Origin: Chloroflexi bacterium RBG_16_56_11
GTDB lineage: Bacteria > Chloroflexota > Dehalococcoidia > Dehalococcoidales > RBG-16-60-22
NCBI GenBank assembly: GCA_001796865.1
Contig: MGNQ01000051.1
Location: forward strand, 65,126 to 129,125
Length of the DNA: 64,000 nucleotides
Direction of reading: 5' to 3'
Each line of letters begins with the position of its first letter. Position 1 is the stretch's first letter. The position numbers were made by a program, and so were the translations under genes. The notes under the pieces are model-generated. The model worked only from the letters and a program-made list of their open reading frames with translations. It made no database searches and was not told where the DNA came from. Below, piece by piece: positions 1 through 9,035 of this stretch.

Positions 1-552
1 CCGGATATTCCATTTCCCCCATTCCTTGGCCATGACCCGGGTCATGTGGATGACGGCCGCTTTGCTGATGCAATAGACGCCGAGGGTCTCTTCTACCCTG
101 ATGCCCATGTAAGAGGTGATGTTGATGATGCTGCCTCCTCCCTGCTCTTTCATGATGGGGGCGATGAGCTTGCACAGGAAGAACGGCCCCTTGAGGTTGA
201 CGTTCATGACGTTGTCCCACTGCCACTCCTCGACGTCAGTGAGGGGTACCATGAAACTGGAGCCGGAGCTGTTGACGACGATGTCGATGCGCTTGAACTC
301 TTTCATGATGCTGTCGACCAGCGCCTTGGAGTTGTCCAGCTTGGCGACATGCGAAGCCATCCCCACGACCTTCCCGCCGGTTACTCCCTTGATTTCCGCG
401 GCGGCCTTGTCCAGGTTCTCCTGCTTGCGGCTGCTGATAACGACATCAGCGCCGGCCCCGGAAAGGGACTGGGCGATGGCCTTGCCGATGTCCCCCGCCC
501 CGCCGATGACCAGGGCTACCTTGCCGTCAACCCGGTACTTCGAAATGTCCAT
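1..552 (-). CDS. Short-chain dehydrogenase/reductase (SDR); C-terminal part lies outside the window
   Basis: Not in the ORF track because there is no stop inside the window. My translation of the minus strand from the ATG at compl. 550-552 reads MDISKYRVDGKVALVIGGAGDIGKAIAQSLSGAGADVVISSRK... It has the Gly-rich Rossmann motif GGAGDIG and catalytic YxxxK (YCISK). The listed + ORF 46..633 is its antisense shadow. Confidence 0.8.
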   Translation of the reverse strand, partial: MDISKYRVDGKVALVIGGAGDIGKAIAQSLSGAGADVVISSRKQENLDKAAAEIKGVTGGKVVGMASHVAKLDNSKALVDSIMKEFKRIDIVVNSSGSSFMVPLTDVEEWQWDNVMNVNLKGPFFLCKLIAPIMKEQGGGSIINITSYMGIRVEETLGVYCISKAAVIHMTRVMAKEWGKWNIR

Positions 553-579
553 GTAATGCTCCTTTTTATATTTTTAGAT

Positions 580-662
580 GTCATTGCGAGGAGCGTAGCG
601 ACGAAGCAATCCGCCTTTTCGTCTACGGTTTAACGGATTGCTTCGCTGGCGCTCGCAATGAC
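580..662. repeat. Family-A palindromic intergenic element (GTCATTGCGAG ... CTCGCAATGAC)
   Basis: Termini gtcattgcgag / ctcgcaatgac and inner arms gaagcaatcc / ggattgcttc are reverse complements. The same modules recur at 18201, 28597, 36940 and elsewhere. Confidence 0.85.
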
Positions 663-678
663 AACAAAAACAATTGCT

Positions 679-1896
679 TTACTCCGCCTTGATAATGCAG
701 GCATCGGCCTGGGCCAGGCCGCCGCACAGCGAGCCCATGGCGTAGCCTCCCCCCCGCCGCCGCAACTCGTACATCAGGTTCATCACTATCCTGGCGCCGC
801 TGGCGGTGTTGGGGTGGCCGATGGCGATGGCGCTGCCGTTCGGGTTCATCCTCTCGGTGAGGGACCGGAACAGCTTGTCATCGCCGCGGGCGGCCACCTT
901 CATGGAGACGCAGGGCACGCAGGCAAAGGCCTCGTTGATTTCCATCGCGGCCATGTCGTCGAAGGTCAGGTTAGCCTTCTCCAGCGCCTTGAGCATGGCA
1001 AACCCGGGACCTTCAGGCATGCGGCTGGCGTTGATGGCCAGCGATACTGATGCCACGATAACGCCGAGGATGTCGAGCCCCAGCTCTTTAGCCTTCCGCC
1101 GCGTCATGAGCAGGATGGCCGTGGCGCCATCGTTAAGGCCCGGGGCATTGCCGGCGGTTATCATGCGTGTATTGTAAACGGTTTTCAGGGCGGTCAGCCT
1201 CTCCATCGTGGTATCGGGGCGGTACTGCTCATCGATTTCCAGTGCCCTGGCCTCGCCCTTGGGCTGGGGAATCGGGAGTGGCATTATCTCTTCCTTGAAT
1301 TTCCCGGCGTTCCAGGCCTTGCCGTAGTTCTGGTGGCTCTTGAACGCGACCTCATCCAGGTCTTTCCGGGTGAACCCGTATTCGTGGGCGACGTTGTCGC
1401 TGTCCACAGACACGGGATTGAAGTCCTTGTAGCCGAGGGCGTAGAGCGGGTCCTCCATCTTGACGTCGCCCATGCGGAAGCCGTTAAAACGGAGCCCGCG
1501 GACGACCATCGGCGATTGCCCGAAGGACGTGGCGCCGCCGGCGATGGCGACCTCTATTTCCCCGGCTTTCATCGCCATGGCCGCCAGCTTGACGGCGTGC
1601 ATGGCGGACACGCAGGCCATGTCGAAAGACATCGACACCGTCTCGTGGGGCAGGCCGGCCCGGATAAGTGATTGCCGGGCGGCGACCGGCGTATACGGGT
1701 CGCGGCAGGCCGAGGTATCGCCGACGCCCCAGAAAACTTCCTGGACGGTACTGGCGGGCACTTTCGCCCTCTTGACGACCTCCCGCATCGGGATGGCACC
1801 CAGCTCGTAGTAGTCGATATCCCGCAGGGAGCCGCCGAACCTCCCGAACGGCGTCCTGGCCGCGCTTATAATCACGACATCATTAGCGTTTGCCAT
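679..1896 (-). CDS. Acetyl-CoA acetyltransferase (thiolase)
   Basis: 405-aa ORF. The N-terminus VVIISAARTPFGRFGGSL, the active-site Cys region and the C-terminal GGGYAMGSLCGGLAQ are typical of thiolase II. Confidence 0.9.
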   Translation of the reverse strand: MANANDVVIISAARTPFGRFGGSLRDIDYYELGAIPMREVVKRAKVPASTVQEVFWGVGDTSACRDPYTPVAARQSLIRAGLPHETVSMSFDMACVSAMHAVKLAAMAMKAGEIEVAIAGGATSFGQSPMVVRGLRFNGFRMGDVKMEDPLYALGYKDFNPVSVDSDNVAHEYGFTRKDLDEVAFKSHQNYGKAWNAGKFKEEIMPLPIPQPKGEARALEIDEQYRPDTTMERLTALKTVYNTRMITAGNAPGLNDGATAILLMTRRKAKELGLDILGVIVASVSLAINASRMPEGPGFAMLKALEKANLTFDDMAAMEINEAFACVPCVSMKVAARGDDKLFRSLTERMNPNGSAIAIGHPNTASGARIVMNLMYELRRRGGGYAMGSLCGGLAQADACIIKAE

Positions 1897-1949
1897 ATCT
1901 TTTTCCTTTCCTTTTCAAGACTTAACTTAAAATCGGGACATTTATTATC

Positions 1950-2066
1950 GCTCATGGTGAGACCTCGGCTTGAGCTCGGTCGAACGCCTGTCGACCCATA
2001 GCGCTTATTGGATGTGCCCTTCGACAAGCTCACTTCGTGGTGACTCAGTGGAACCAGGGTGAGCGA
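1950..2066. repeat. Family-A long element (GGTTCCACTGAGTCACCACGAAGTGAGC module)
   Basis: An inverted copy with conserved ~37-nt termini is found at 58118-58262, and a partial copy at 31794-31821. Confidence 0.8.
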
Positions 2067-2107
2067 AAGATTTAAATTGATAATTATGGCTAAGCGACCT
2101 CTTGAGT

Positions 2108-2959
2108 CTATTTCTGCGTATAATCGTAAAAGCCGCGTCCTGTCTTACGTCCCAGGTCGCCGGAGCGCACCATGTTCCTGAGTAGCGGGGCGGGCATCAG
2201 GCGTTCCCCGAACTCCTCGTACATTGTCTCCAGCCCGTGCATGACGATATCGGCCCCGGCCAGGTCGCAGAGCTCCAGCGGGCCCATCGGGTGGTTCAGG
2301 CAGAGCTTGACGGCCTTGTCGACCTCCTCCGGCTTGTTCCCGTCCATGACGCAGTAGAAGGCCTCGTTCATCAGGGCATCCACCAGCCTCGACACGATAA
2401 AGCCGGCGTAATCTCGGGCCTCGCACGGCTCCTTGCCAATCTTTTTCACGTATTCCTTGGAAGCTTCGAGGACATCGGCGGCGGTTCGCCGGCCCGGTAT
2501 CACCTCGACGCCCTTCATCACCGGCACCGGATTCATGAAGTGGATGCCGATGACTTTCTCCGGACGTTTCGTCGAAGCGGCGATAGCCCCGATGGGCAGC
2601 GAGGAAGTATTGGTGGCCATGATAGCCCCCGGCTGGCATATCTCGTCGAGCTGTTTGAAGATGCTTATCTTCAGGTCCAGCACCTCCGGCGCCGCCTCGA
2701 TAACCAGGTCGGCGGCGGCCGCGTCTTTCATGTTCAACGTGGTCTTGACGTGGGCGATGATGGCCTTTTTCTCGCTTTCCTGCATCGTGCCCTTTTTCAC
2801 GCCGCGGTCGAGGCTTTTTTCGATGGCCGCCATGCCCTTCTGGATAAACTCGTCCTTAACATCGGACATGGTTACGTTATAGCCCGCCTGGGCGCTGACC
2901 TGGGCGATGCCGTTGCCCATCGTCCCCGCCCCGATGACAAATACGTTCTTTATCGCCAC
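2108..2959 (-). CDS. hbd: 3-hydroxybutyryl-CoA dehydrogenase
   Basis: 283 aa. The N-terminal NAD fold VFVIGAGTMGNGIAQV and overall 3-hydroxyacyl-CoA dehydrogenase architecture fit. It lies between thiolase and crotonase. Confidence 0.9.
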   Translation of the reverse strand: MAIKNVFVIGAGTMGNGIAQVSAQAGYNVTMSDVKDEFIQKGMAAIEKSLDRGVKKGTMQESEKKAIIAHVKTTLNMKDAAAADLVIEAAPEVLDLKISIFKQLDEICQPGAIMATNTSSLPIGAIAASTKRPEKVIGIHFMNPVPVMKGVEVIPGRRTAADVLEASKEYVKKIGKEPCEARDYAGFIVSRLVDALMNEAFYCVMDGNKPEEVDKAVKLCLNHPMGPLELCDLAGADIVMHGLETMYEEFGERLMPAPLLRNMVRSGDLGRKTGRGFYDYTQK

Positions 2960-2996
2960 TTTATAACAACCTCCTTCAAAATAATTACCGTATTGC

Positions 2997-3063
2997 CATT
3001 CCGTACTTGATACGGAATCCAGGTGGGGCTGGAGGACTGGATTCCCGCCGGCGCGGGAATGAC
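2997..3063. repeat. Family-A element (CATTCCGTACTTGATACGGAATCCAGGT + short CTGGATTCCCGCC..GGGAATGAC module)
   Basis: The first 28 nt are identical to 31641-31668. The second module is the short form of the 80-bp element at 31686 and 36678. Confidence 0.85.
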
Positions 3064-3072
3064 GTGTTAGAG

Positions 3073-3855
3073 TTACTTGTTTTTAAATTCCGCTTTTCTC
3101 TTGTTGAGGAAGGCATTCATGCCCTCTTTCTGGTCCTCGGTAGCGAAGCAGAGGGCGTTGCAGCGGGTTTCCACGCTTATCCCGGAGGCGATATCCGTAT
3201 CGAGGCCGGTGTTGATAGCCAGCTTGGCCATGGCGAGCACCGGGCCGGACCAGCCGGCCAGCTTTTTCGCCCAGGCCATGGCCTCATCCATCAGTTTTTC
3301 GACGGGGACCACCTTGTTGACCAGTCCCAGGTTCAGGGCCGTAGCGGCGTCTATCATATCTCCGAGGAAAATCATCTCCTTGGCCTTGGCGGCGCCGATG
3401 AGCCGGGGCAGCCGCTGCGTGCCGCTGGCGCCGGGTATCAGCCCCAGCGTAATCTCCGGCTGGCCGAACCGGGCTTTTTCCGAGCATATCCGCAGGTCGC
3501 AGCACATGGAAAGCTCGCAGCCGCCGCCGAGGGCATAGCCGTGAATGGCGGCGATGGTGGGTCTGGTGAGGGAGTAAAGATAGTCCGAAGTCTTGCGGAT
3601 GGTAGCCATGAACTGCTGGGCCTCGATGGGGCCCATTTTCTCCATCTCGGCGACGTCGGAGCCGGCGGCGAAGGCCCTCTCGCCGGCGCCCGTGATGACT
3701 ACCACGCGGACCTCCGGGTCGTTTTCGATGGAGGTGAAGGCGTCGTAAAGCTCGTTATAGACGGTGCTGTTGAGGGCGTTCAGTTTGTCCGGGCGATTGA
3801 GGGTGACTTTAGCGATGCCGTCGGCTTTTTCGTATAGAATGGTCCGGTAAGTCAC
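3073..3855 (-). CDS. Enoyl-CoA hydratase (crotonase family)
   Basis: The ORF extends to 3900, but the GTG at compl. 3853-3855 is preceded by AGGAGA at about 8 nt. The sequence ILYEKADGIAKVTLNRPDKLNAL ... ITGAGERAFAAGSDV is classic crotonase. Confidence 0.88.
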   Translation of the reverse strand: MTYRTILYEKADGIAKVTLNRPDKLNALNSTVYNELYDAFTSIENDPEVRVVVITGAGERAFAAGSDVAEMEKMGPIEAQQFMATIRKTSDYLYSLTRPTIAAIHGYALGGGCELSMCCDLRICSEKARFGQPEITLGLIPGASGTQRLPRLIGAAKAKEMIFLGDMIDAATALNLGLVNKVVPVEKLMDEAMAWAKKLAGWSGPVLAMAKLAINTGLDTDIASGISVETRCNALCFATEDQKEGMNAFLNKRKAEFKNK

Positions 3856-3993
3856 GGTCTTATCTCCTCTCTGCGGGCATGGATTGTCCGGATAGCGCAC
3901 ACGTTATCATTGCGGAGAACAACGGGGGTAACCACTGGCACGGAAATTTCTTATCATAGTTTAGGTTATCAGGCTCATATATGTCAAGGTAAA

Positions 3994-4022
3994 TTGACAA
4001 CAAGCCGCCTGTCCTCTACACT
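3994..4022 (+). promoter_or_regulatory. Candidate sigma70-type promoter of tldD-pmbA (TTGACA-17-TACACT)
   Basis: TTGACA at 3994-3999, a 17-nt spacer, TACACT at 4017-4022, about 45 nt upstream of the tldD ATG. Confidence 0.4.
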
Positions 4023-4066
4023 AAAATTTGTACAAGCGTTCACCGTGTTTCAGCGAGGGAGCGTCT

Positions 4067-5443
4067 ATGCCGGACATCGCCACTATCGCCGCCAGCCTGG
4101 AGGGGAAACTGAAAAAGCCCCGCGCCGATTACCTTGAGGTCCGCCTCGAGGAGAGCCAGACGAGCCACATCACCTACCGGGGCAGGAACCTGGAGTCCAT
4201 TGGCCGGTCCAGCGCTACCGGCGGCTGCGCCCGTGCCCTGGCAAAAGGGGGGTGGGGATTTACCAGCTTCAACAGCTTCAACCGACTCTACGGTCGGCTG
4301 GTCCTGGCCGCCGGGCAGGCGAGGTCCGCCGGCACCGGCAAAAGCGCCCTCGCCGCCGTAGAACCGGTGGTTGATAATGTCCCCAGCGGGGTCACGAAAA
4401 ATCCCGTAACCATTCCCCTGGCGGAAAAGAAACGCCTGTTGGAGGAGTACAATGATATCATCTGGAGCGTCCCCGGGATAAGGACTGCCAATATCGGTTA
4501 CTCGGACAGTCGCAAGAAGGTGATTTTCCTGAGCTCGGAAGGCAGCCGGATTACCCAGGAACGGGCTGATGTCGCCCTGCGGCTGACGGCTATCGCCGCT
4601 AAGGACAGCGAGGTGCAACAGGTGGGACTGAGCCTGGGGAGCCGGGGGAACTTCGAGGCCATTCGGGACCTGGACAAGCAGGTAACCGGGATGGCCCGGC
4701 ATGCCGTGGAGCTGCTCTCCGCCCCGCAGGTCAAAGGCGGCGAATACACGGTGGTGCTCGACCCCGTCCTGGCCGGTGTTTTCGTCCACGAGGCCTTCGG
4801 CCACCTTTCCGAGTCCGACTTCGTCTACGAAAACGACCGCATGCGGGAGATTATGGTGCTGGGCAAACAGTTCGGCGCCGGGCACCTCAACATCGTCGAC
4901 TCTGCGGCGGAGCCGGGACTACGCGGCAGCTACAAGTACGATGACGAGGGCGTGCGCGCCGTGAAGACCTACCTGATACGGGAAGGGAAACTCGTCGGCC
5001 GGCTGCACTCGCGGGAGACCGCCGCTAAGATGAGCGAAAACACCACCGGCAACGCCCGGGCCATCAGCTATCACTTTCCGCCCATCGTGCGCATGACCAA
5101 TACCTACATTGAGCCCGGCAAACTCTCCTTCGATGACATTATCGCCGATATTAAAGAAGGACTTTATGTCAAGAACTGGTACGGCGGCGTGACCAGCATG
5201 GAGATGTTCACCTTTTCCGCCGGCGAGGCTTACATGATTCGCCACGGTAAAATCGCCGAGGCCGTCCGGCCGGTCGTCCTCACCGGCAACGTATTCACCA
5301 CGCTGAAAAACATCGACGCCGTCGGCAATGACCTGGACATGAACCAGGGCGGCGGTTGCGGCAAAGGGGGCCAGATGCCCCTCCCCGTTTCCAACGGCAG
5401 TCCCCACATCCGTATCCGGCACTGCCTGGTCGGAGGTAAGTAA
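4067..5443 (+). CDS. tldD: TldD-family metalloprotease
   Basis: HEAFGH zinc motif and TldD/PmbA fold signature. I prefer the start at ATG 4067 (GAGGGA RBS) over ORF-track 4028. It is followed by its usual partner pmbA with a 1-nt overlap. Confidence 0.88.
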   Translation: MPDIATIAASLEGKLKKPRADYLEVRLEESQTSHITYRGRNLESIGRSSATGGCARALAKGGWGFTSFNSFNRLYGRLVLAAGQARSAGTGKSALAAVEPVVDNVPSGVTKNPVTIPLAEKKRLLEEYNDIIWSVPGIRTANIGYSDSRKKVIFLSSEGSRITQERADVALRLTAIAAKDSEVQQVGLSLGSRGNFEAIRDLDKQVTGMARHAVELLSAPQVKGGEYTVVLDPVLAGVFVHEAFGHLSESDFVYENDRMREIMVLGKQFGAGHLNIVDSAAEPGLRGSYKYDDEGVRAVKTYLIREGKLVGRLHSRETAAKMSENTTGNARAISYHFPPIVRMTNTYIEPGKLSFDDIIADIKEGLYVKNWYGGVTSMEMFTFSAGEAYMIRHGKIAEAVRPVVLTGNVFTTLKNIDAVGNDLDMNQGGGCGKGGQMPLPVSNGSPHIRIRHCLVGGK

Positions 5444-6744
5444 TGGAAAGAATCCTGGCGCTGGCCACCAGGGCCGCCGAGGAAGCCGAGGTCTTCGAGG
5501 TCTCGTCGGAGGAGACCCAGGTCCGCTTTGAAGCCAATAAACTGAAACAGCTCCAGACCAACCAGCAGACGAGTGTCGCCCTGCGTATCATCAAGAACGG
5601 CCGGCTTGGCTATGCCACGGCCACCGGCACCGGCGGCGCCAGGGACCTGGTCGCCGGCGCCGTGGAGACCGCCGCGTTCGGAACAACCGCCCGGTTCCAT
5701 CTGCCGGAGATGAGTGAGTTCCCCACCGTGGATATTGTCGACGCCGCCGTCGCATCGGTCGCCATTAAAGATATGGTACGTCTCGGAGAAGAGATGATAT
5801 CAGTGGTTACCCGCCACACCCCGGGTATCCTGTGTGACGCCGGCGCGAGCCGGGGGACTGTCAGCGTCCGGCTGATTAACTCCCGCGGAGGACAGGCCGA
5901 ATACCGCAAGACTTTCTTCGGCCTGGATATCGGCGGCACGCTCATCCAGGGAACGGACATGCTTTTCGTCGGCGAGAGTGAAAGCTCCTGCCATCCTGTG
6001 ACGGACGCGAAAAAGCTGACGGATGTTGTCCTGCGGCAGCTTGAACGCGCCAAAGAGCGGGCGACGGCGCCGACGCGCCAGTTACCTGTCGTCTTCACGC
6101 CGGATGGCGTCACCGCCCTCCTGGCGCCGCTGATGTCCGCCTTCAACGGCAAGACCGTGCTGGAAGGCGCCTCACCTGTCGGCGATAAGCTCGGCAAGGT
6201 CGTCTTCGATAGCAGGTTCAGCCTGCACGACGACCCCACCATCCCCTACCGGCCGGGGAGCCGCCCCTGCGATGACGAGGGCGTGCCCAGCCGGCGCACC
6301 GCTCTCGTGGAAAACGGCGTCGTCGCCGGTTTTTTCTACGATCTCCAGACGGCCGGTCTGGCCGGGAAAAAGAGCACCGGCAACGGTAGCCGGGGCAGGG
6401 GCAGCCTGCCCGCCCCCGGCCCCAGCGCCTTCGTCGTGGCTCCGGGAGCGGTCACCTTCGACGACATGGTGCAGGACATGAAAGAAGGCCTGGTCATCGA
6501 GCAGCTCATGGGTGCGGAGCAGGGCAATATCCTCGGCGGCGATTTCTCCGGCAACGTCCTGCTCGGCTATAAAGTCGAAAACGGCAAAATAGTCGGCCGG
6601 GTGAAGGACACGATGGTCTCCGGGAACGTCTATCAAATACTCAAAGACATTGCCGCCGTCGGTAGCGAGTCCAAGTGGGTGGGCGGTATGCTCCAGACCC
6701 CGCCCATTTACTGCCGGAGACTGGTGGTTTCCAGCAAGGGATAG
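5443..6744 (+). CDS. pmbA: PmbA/TldE-family protein (TldD partner)
   Basis: 433 aa, a paralogue of TldD lacking HExxH, directly coupled to tldD (ATG overlaps the TAA). Confidence 0.85.
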   Translation: MERILALATRAAEEAEVFEVSSEETQVRFEANKLKQLQTNQQTSVALRIIKNGRLGYATATGTGGARDLVAGAVETAAFGTTARFHLPEMSEFPTVDIVDAAVASVAIKDMVRLGEEMISVVTRHTPGILCDAGASRGTVSVRLINSRGGQAEYRKTFFGLDIGGTLIQGTDMLFVGESESSCHPVTDAKKLTDVVLRQLERAKERATAPTRQLPVVFTPDGVTALLAPLMSAFNGKTVLEGASPVGDKLGKVVFDSRFSLHDDPTIPYRPGSRPCDDEGVPSRRTALVENGVVAGFFYDLQTAGLAGKKSTGNGSRGRGSLPAPGPSAFVVAPGAVTFDDMVQDMKEGLVIEQLMGAEQGNILGGDFSGNVLLGYKVENGKIVGRVKDTMVSGNVYQILKDIAAVGSESKWVGGMLQTPPIYCRRLVVSSKG

Positions 6745-6754
6745 AAAAACAGTT

Positions 6755-6792
6755 CTCCTCTCCCCATTGAGGGAGAGGATTAAGGTGAGGGG
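6755..6792. repeat. Family-B hairpin element, left arm (CTCTCCCC-ATTG-AGGGAGAG..GTGAGGGG)
   Basis: Inverted partner at 6977-7014. The same arm pair occurs at 41662-41753. Confidence 0.8.
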
Positions 6793-6801
6793 AAAAATAA
6801 A

Positions 6802-6975
6802 ATGGAAAATACCCGTCATCTGAATTTAGTAAAAGAACTCCGGCGAAGACAAACTGAAGCTGAGAAAATATTCTGGAATAAGGTACGTAACAGTTCTGCG
6901 ATTCTGGAACAATGATGTTTTGGAAAATCTTGATGGCGTCTCAGAAAACATTAGAGAAGTGCTCAAACGGAATCA
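6802..6975 (+). pseudogene. DUF559 (Vsr-like endonuclease domain) gene remnant with the core deleted
   Basis: 6802-6909 reads MENTRHLNLVKELRRRQTEAEKIFWNKVRN, a typical DUF559 N-terminus. It then runs directly, in another frame, into VLRFWNNDVLENLDGVSENIREVL, a typical DUF559 C-terminus. The roughly 75-aa catalytic core is missing. Confidence 0.7.
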
Positions 6976-6976
6976 T

Positions 6977-7014
6977 CACCCTCACCCTTGCCTCTCCCCT
7001 CAAGGGAGAGGTGG
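6977..7014. repeat. Family-B hairpin element, right arm
   Basis: Its reverse complement (ccacctctcccttgaggggagaggcaagggtgagggtg) matches the left arm at 6755-6792. Confidence 0.8.
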
Positions 7015-7029
7015 TAAGAGGTAATTGAA

Positions 7030-7842
7030 ATGAGTGATTTAGTTAAAATAACCGCCCGCCCCAAGCTCCGCTCCCCGAACCTGCTGGCTGCCTGGCCCGG
7101 CATCGGCAACGTCGCCATGATTATCGCCACCTATCTCAGGGCCAAGCTTCCCTTCAAAGACCTGGGATACCTGGAGCCTTCGTATTTCTTCGACCCCATC
7201 GGCGTGCTCGTCAGGGACAACCTGGTCGAAGCGCCCAGCTTCCCTGTGAGCCAGTTTTACTACTGGAAAAACGATGCCGGCAAAGACCTCATTCTCTTTA
7301 TCGGGGAAGACCAGCCTACCGCCAAGGCCTACGAGCTGGCCAACTGCGTCCTGGATGTCGGCAACAGGTTCGGGGTGGAGCGTATTTACACCTGCGCCGC
7401 GGCCATGACCCGTATCCATCACACCGAGCCGCCCAAGGTCTGGGGAGTAGCCACCGGCCACCTGGTCACTCCCGATCTTAAAAAATATAACCTGGAACAC
7501 GCCAGCAGTCTCCAGATTGCGGGACTTAATGGCCTGCTGCTGGGCGTGGCTAAAGAAAGAGATATCGATGGCGTTTGCCTGCTGGGCGAAGTACCCATGT
7601 ACGCCAGCCGCATGCCTAATCCTATGGCGGCCCTGGCCGTCCTGAAAGTCCTGGCCGCCATGCTGGAGATGAAAATCGACCTGGCAGAGATGGCGAGGAT
7701 GGCCGTGGAGGCTGCCGAAAGGATAAAGCAGGTGGCCGCCCAGGCCATGGAGGAATACATCGATAACTTTACCGAACCTATATGGGAGAGCAGTGAACAG
7801 TACGAGGAAGAAGAGGGAGAAGAGGATGAGGGGAACAACTGA
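7030..7842 (+). CDS. PAC2 (proteasome assembly chaperone 2-like) family protein
   Basis: 270 aa. LRSPNLLAAWPGIGNVA near the N-terminus and an acidic C-terminal tail EEEEGEEDEG resemble bacterial PAC2/DUF75 proteins. Confidence 0.6.
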   Translation: MSDLVKITARPKLRSPNLLAAWPGIGNVAMIIATYLRAKLPFKDLGYLEPSYFFDPIGVLVRDNLVEAPSFPVSQFYYWKNDAGKDLILFIGEDQPTAKAYELANCVLDVGNRFGVERIYTCAAAMTRIHHTEPPKVWGVATGHLVTPDLKKYNLEHASSLQIAGLNGLLLGVAKERDIDGVCLLGEVPMYASRMPNPMAALAVLKVLAAMLEMKIDLAEMARMAVEAAERIKQVAAQAMEEYIDNFTEPIWESSEQYEEEEGEEDEGNN

Positions 7843-7860
7843 AGGCGGTGCTGCCGCGCC

Positions 7861-8451
7861 GTGAAATCTCAGAAAAAACAAAACAAGTTCCACTTTAAAC
7901 CGCCCCGGGGCGAAGCAATCAGCGGGGAAAAGGTCAAGCTCCGCGATAAGAAGCTGTCCGACGTCCGCAACGACTTCAAATGGCAATCCGACCCCGAACT
8001 GGCCAGGCTCGATGCGGCCCCGGTGCTCATTATTTCTTTCGCCTTGTTCCTGCTCGACTATGCCACGGAGCTGCACGGTCCCCGGCATGACCGTTACCCA
8101 CTGGCCGTGGAAACGGTCGACGGCATCCATATCGGCAACTGTAGTTGCTACGATGTCGATGAGACGAAAGGCGAGGCCCAACTGGGTATCATGATAGGCG
8201 AACGGGAATTCTGGGATAAGGGCTACGGCGCCGATACCGTAAACACGATGGTTGACCACCTTTTCAGTACCACCGGACTGCAACGTCTCTATCTCAAAAC
8301 GCTGGACTGGAACCTGCGGGCGCAGAGGTGTTTCCAGAAATGCGGGTTCGTTCCCTTTGGAAACTTGAAACGAAACAGTTATACCTTCGTGCTCATGGAA
8401 ATGAAACGCGGGCAGTGGGAAAAGATACATAACAGCGAAAAATCATCATGA
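7861..8451 (+). CDS. GNAT family N-acetyltransferase (RimJ/RimL-like)
   Basis: 196 aa with a GTG start. WDKGYGADTV acetyl-CoA loop and typical GNAT length. Confidence 0.75.
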   Translation: MKSQKKQNKFHFKPPRGEAISGEKVKLRDKKLSDVRNDFKWQSDPELARLDAAPVLIISFALFLLDYATELHGPRHDRYPLAVETVDGIHIGNCSCYDVDETKGEAQLGIMIGEREFWDKGYGADTVNTMVDHLFSTTGLQRLYLKTLDWNLRAQRCFQKCGFVPFGNLKRNSYTFVLMEMKRGQWEKIHNSEKSS

Positions 8452-9035
8452 AAGCCGGCAAGATTGCTTTTAAGCGACTTAAAGAAACTGACCTGCCTCT
8501 AATGCACCGGTGGTTGAACACGCCACATGTGAGTGAATGGTGGGAAGTCTCCGGCAAGAAACTGCCTTCTCTCGAAACAGTGAGAGAAAAATACTTACCA
8601 CGCATCAAAGGCAATGACCCCGTCGATTGTTTCCTGATAGCGTACGATGGCATGCCCATCGGCATGGTACAGTCCTGTAAAATGGATGACTTCCCCGCCG
8701 AAAAAGCAAATTTTAACCTCGACCAGAGCTGCGCTGCCATCGATATTGTTATCGGCGAGGAAGACTACGTTCACCGCGGCCTGGGCAGCAGCATTATTAG
8801 GGAGTTTCTAAAAGAAGTTATTTTTAAAAAGTACGCTGTAGATTGTTGTATCGTCGATCCATACGTGGAAAATGAAATCGCTATCAGAGCTTACAATAAG
8901 GCGGGGTTTAAATATTTAAAGACTGTCTGGTATGAAAAAGAGAGCAGGCGGGAACACATTTTAAGTATCAATCGCGATGAAATCGAACTCGACAAGGAAA
9001 AAGGGGGAGTAAAATATAAGGGGTTAGACACGTGA
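8448..9035 (+). CDS. GNAT acetyltransferase, Acetyltransf_8 / AAC(6')-like subgroup
   Basis: The motifs LPLMHRWLNTPHVSEWW and HRGLGSSII resemble the IucB/AAC(6')-type GNAT subgroup. There is a 4-nt ATGA overlap with the preceding GNAT. Confidence 0.65.
   Translation: MKAGKIAFKRLKETDLPLMHRWLNTPHVSEWWEVSGKKLPSLETVREKYLPRIKGNDPVDCFLIAYDGMPIGMVQSCKMDDFPAEKANFNLDQSCAAIDIVIGEEDYVHRGLGSSIIREFLKEVIFKKYAVDCCIVDPYVENEIAIRAYNKAGFKYLKTVWYEKESRREHILSINRDEIELDKEKGGVKYKGLDT

Noticed and set aside
46-633. Plus-strand 195-aa ORF at the left edge.
   Set aside because: It is antisense to a clear SDR gene (Rossmann GGAGDIG and YxxxK on the minus strand). Its C-terminus is simply the translation of the family-A repeat (..VIARSVATKQS..).
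7039-8430. A 463-aa minus-strand ORF spanning the PAC2 and GNAT genes. Similar long antisense ORFs occur at 12595-13761, 15658-16647, 24378-25280, 39617-40564, 45465-46523 and 61735-62700.
   Set aside because: All lie fully antisense to genes with clear family motifs. They are rich in Arg/Gly/Pro/His, as expected from reading GC-rich coding DNA backwards, and they lack recognisable domains or ribosome-binding sites. I treat them as shadow ORFs.
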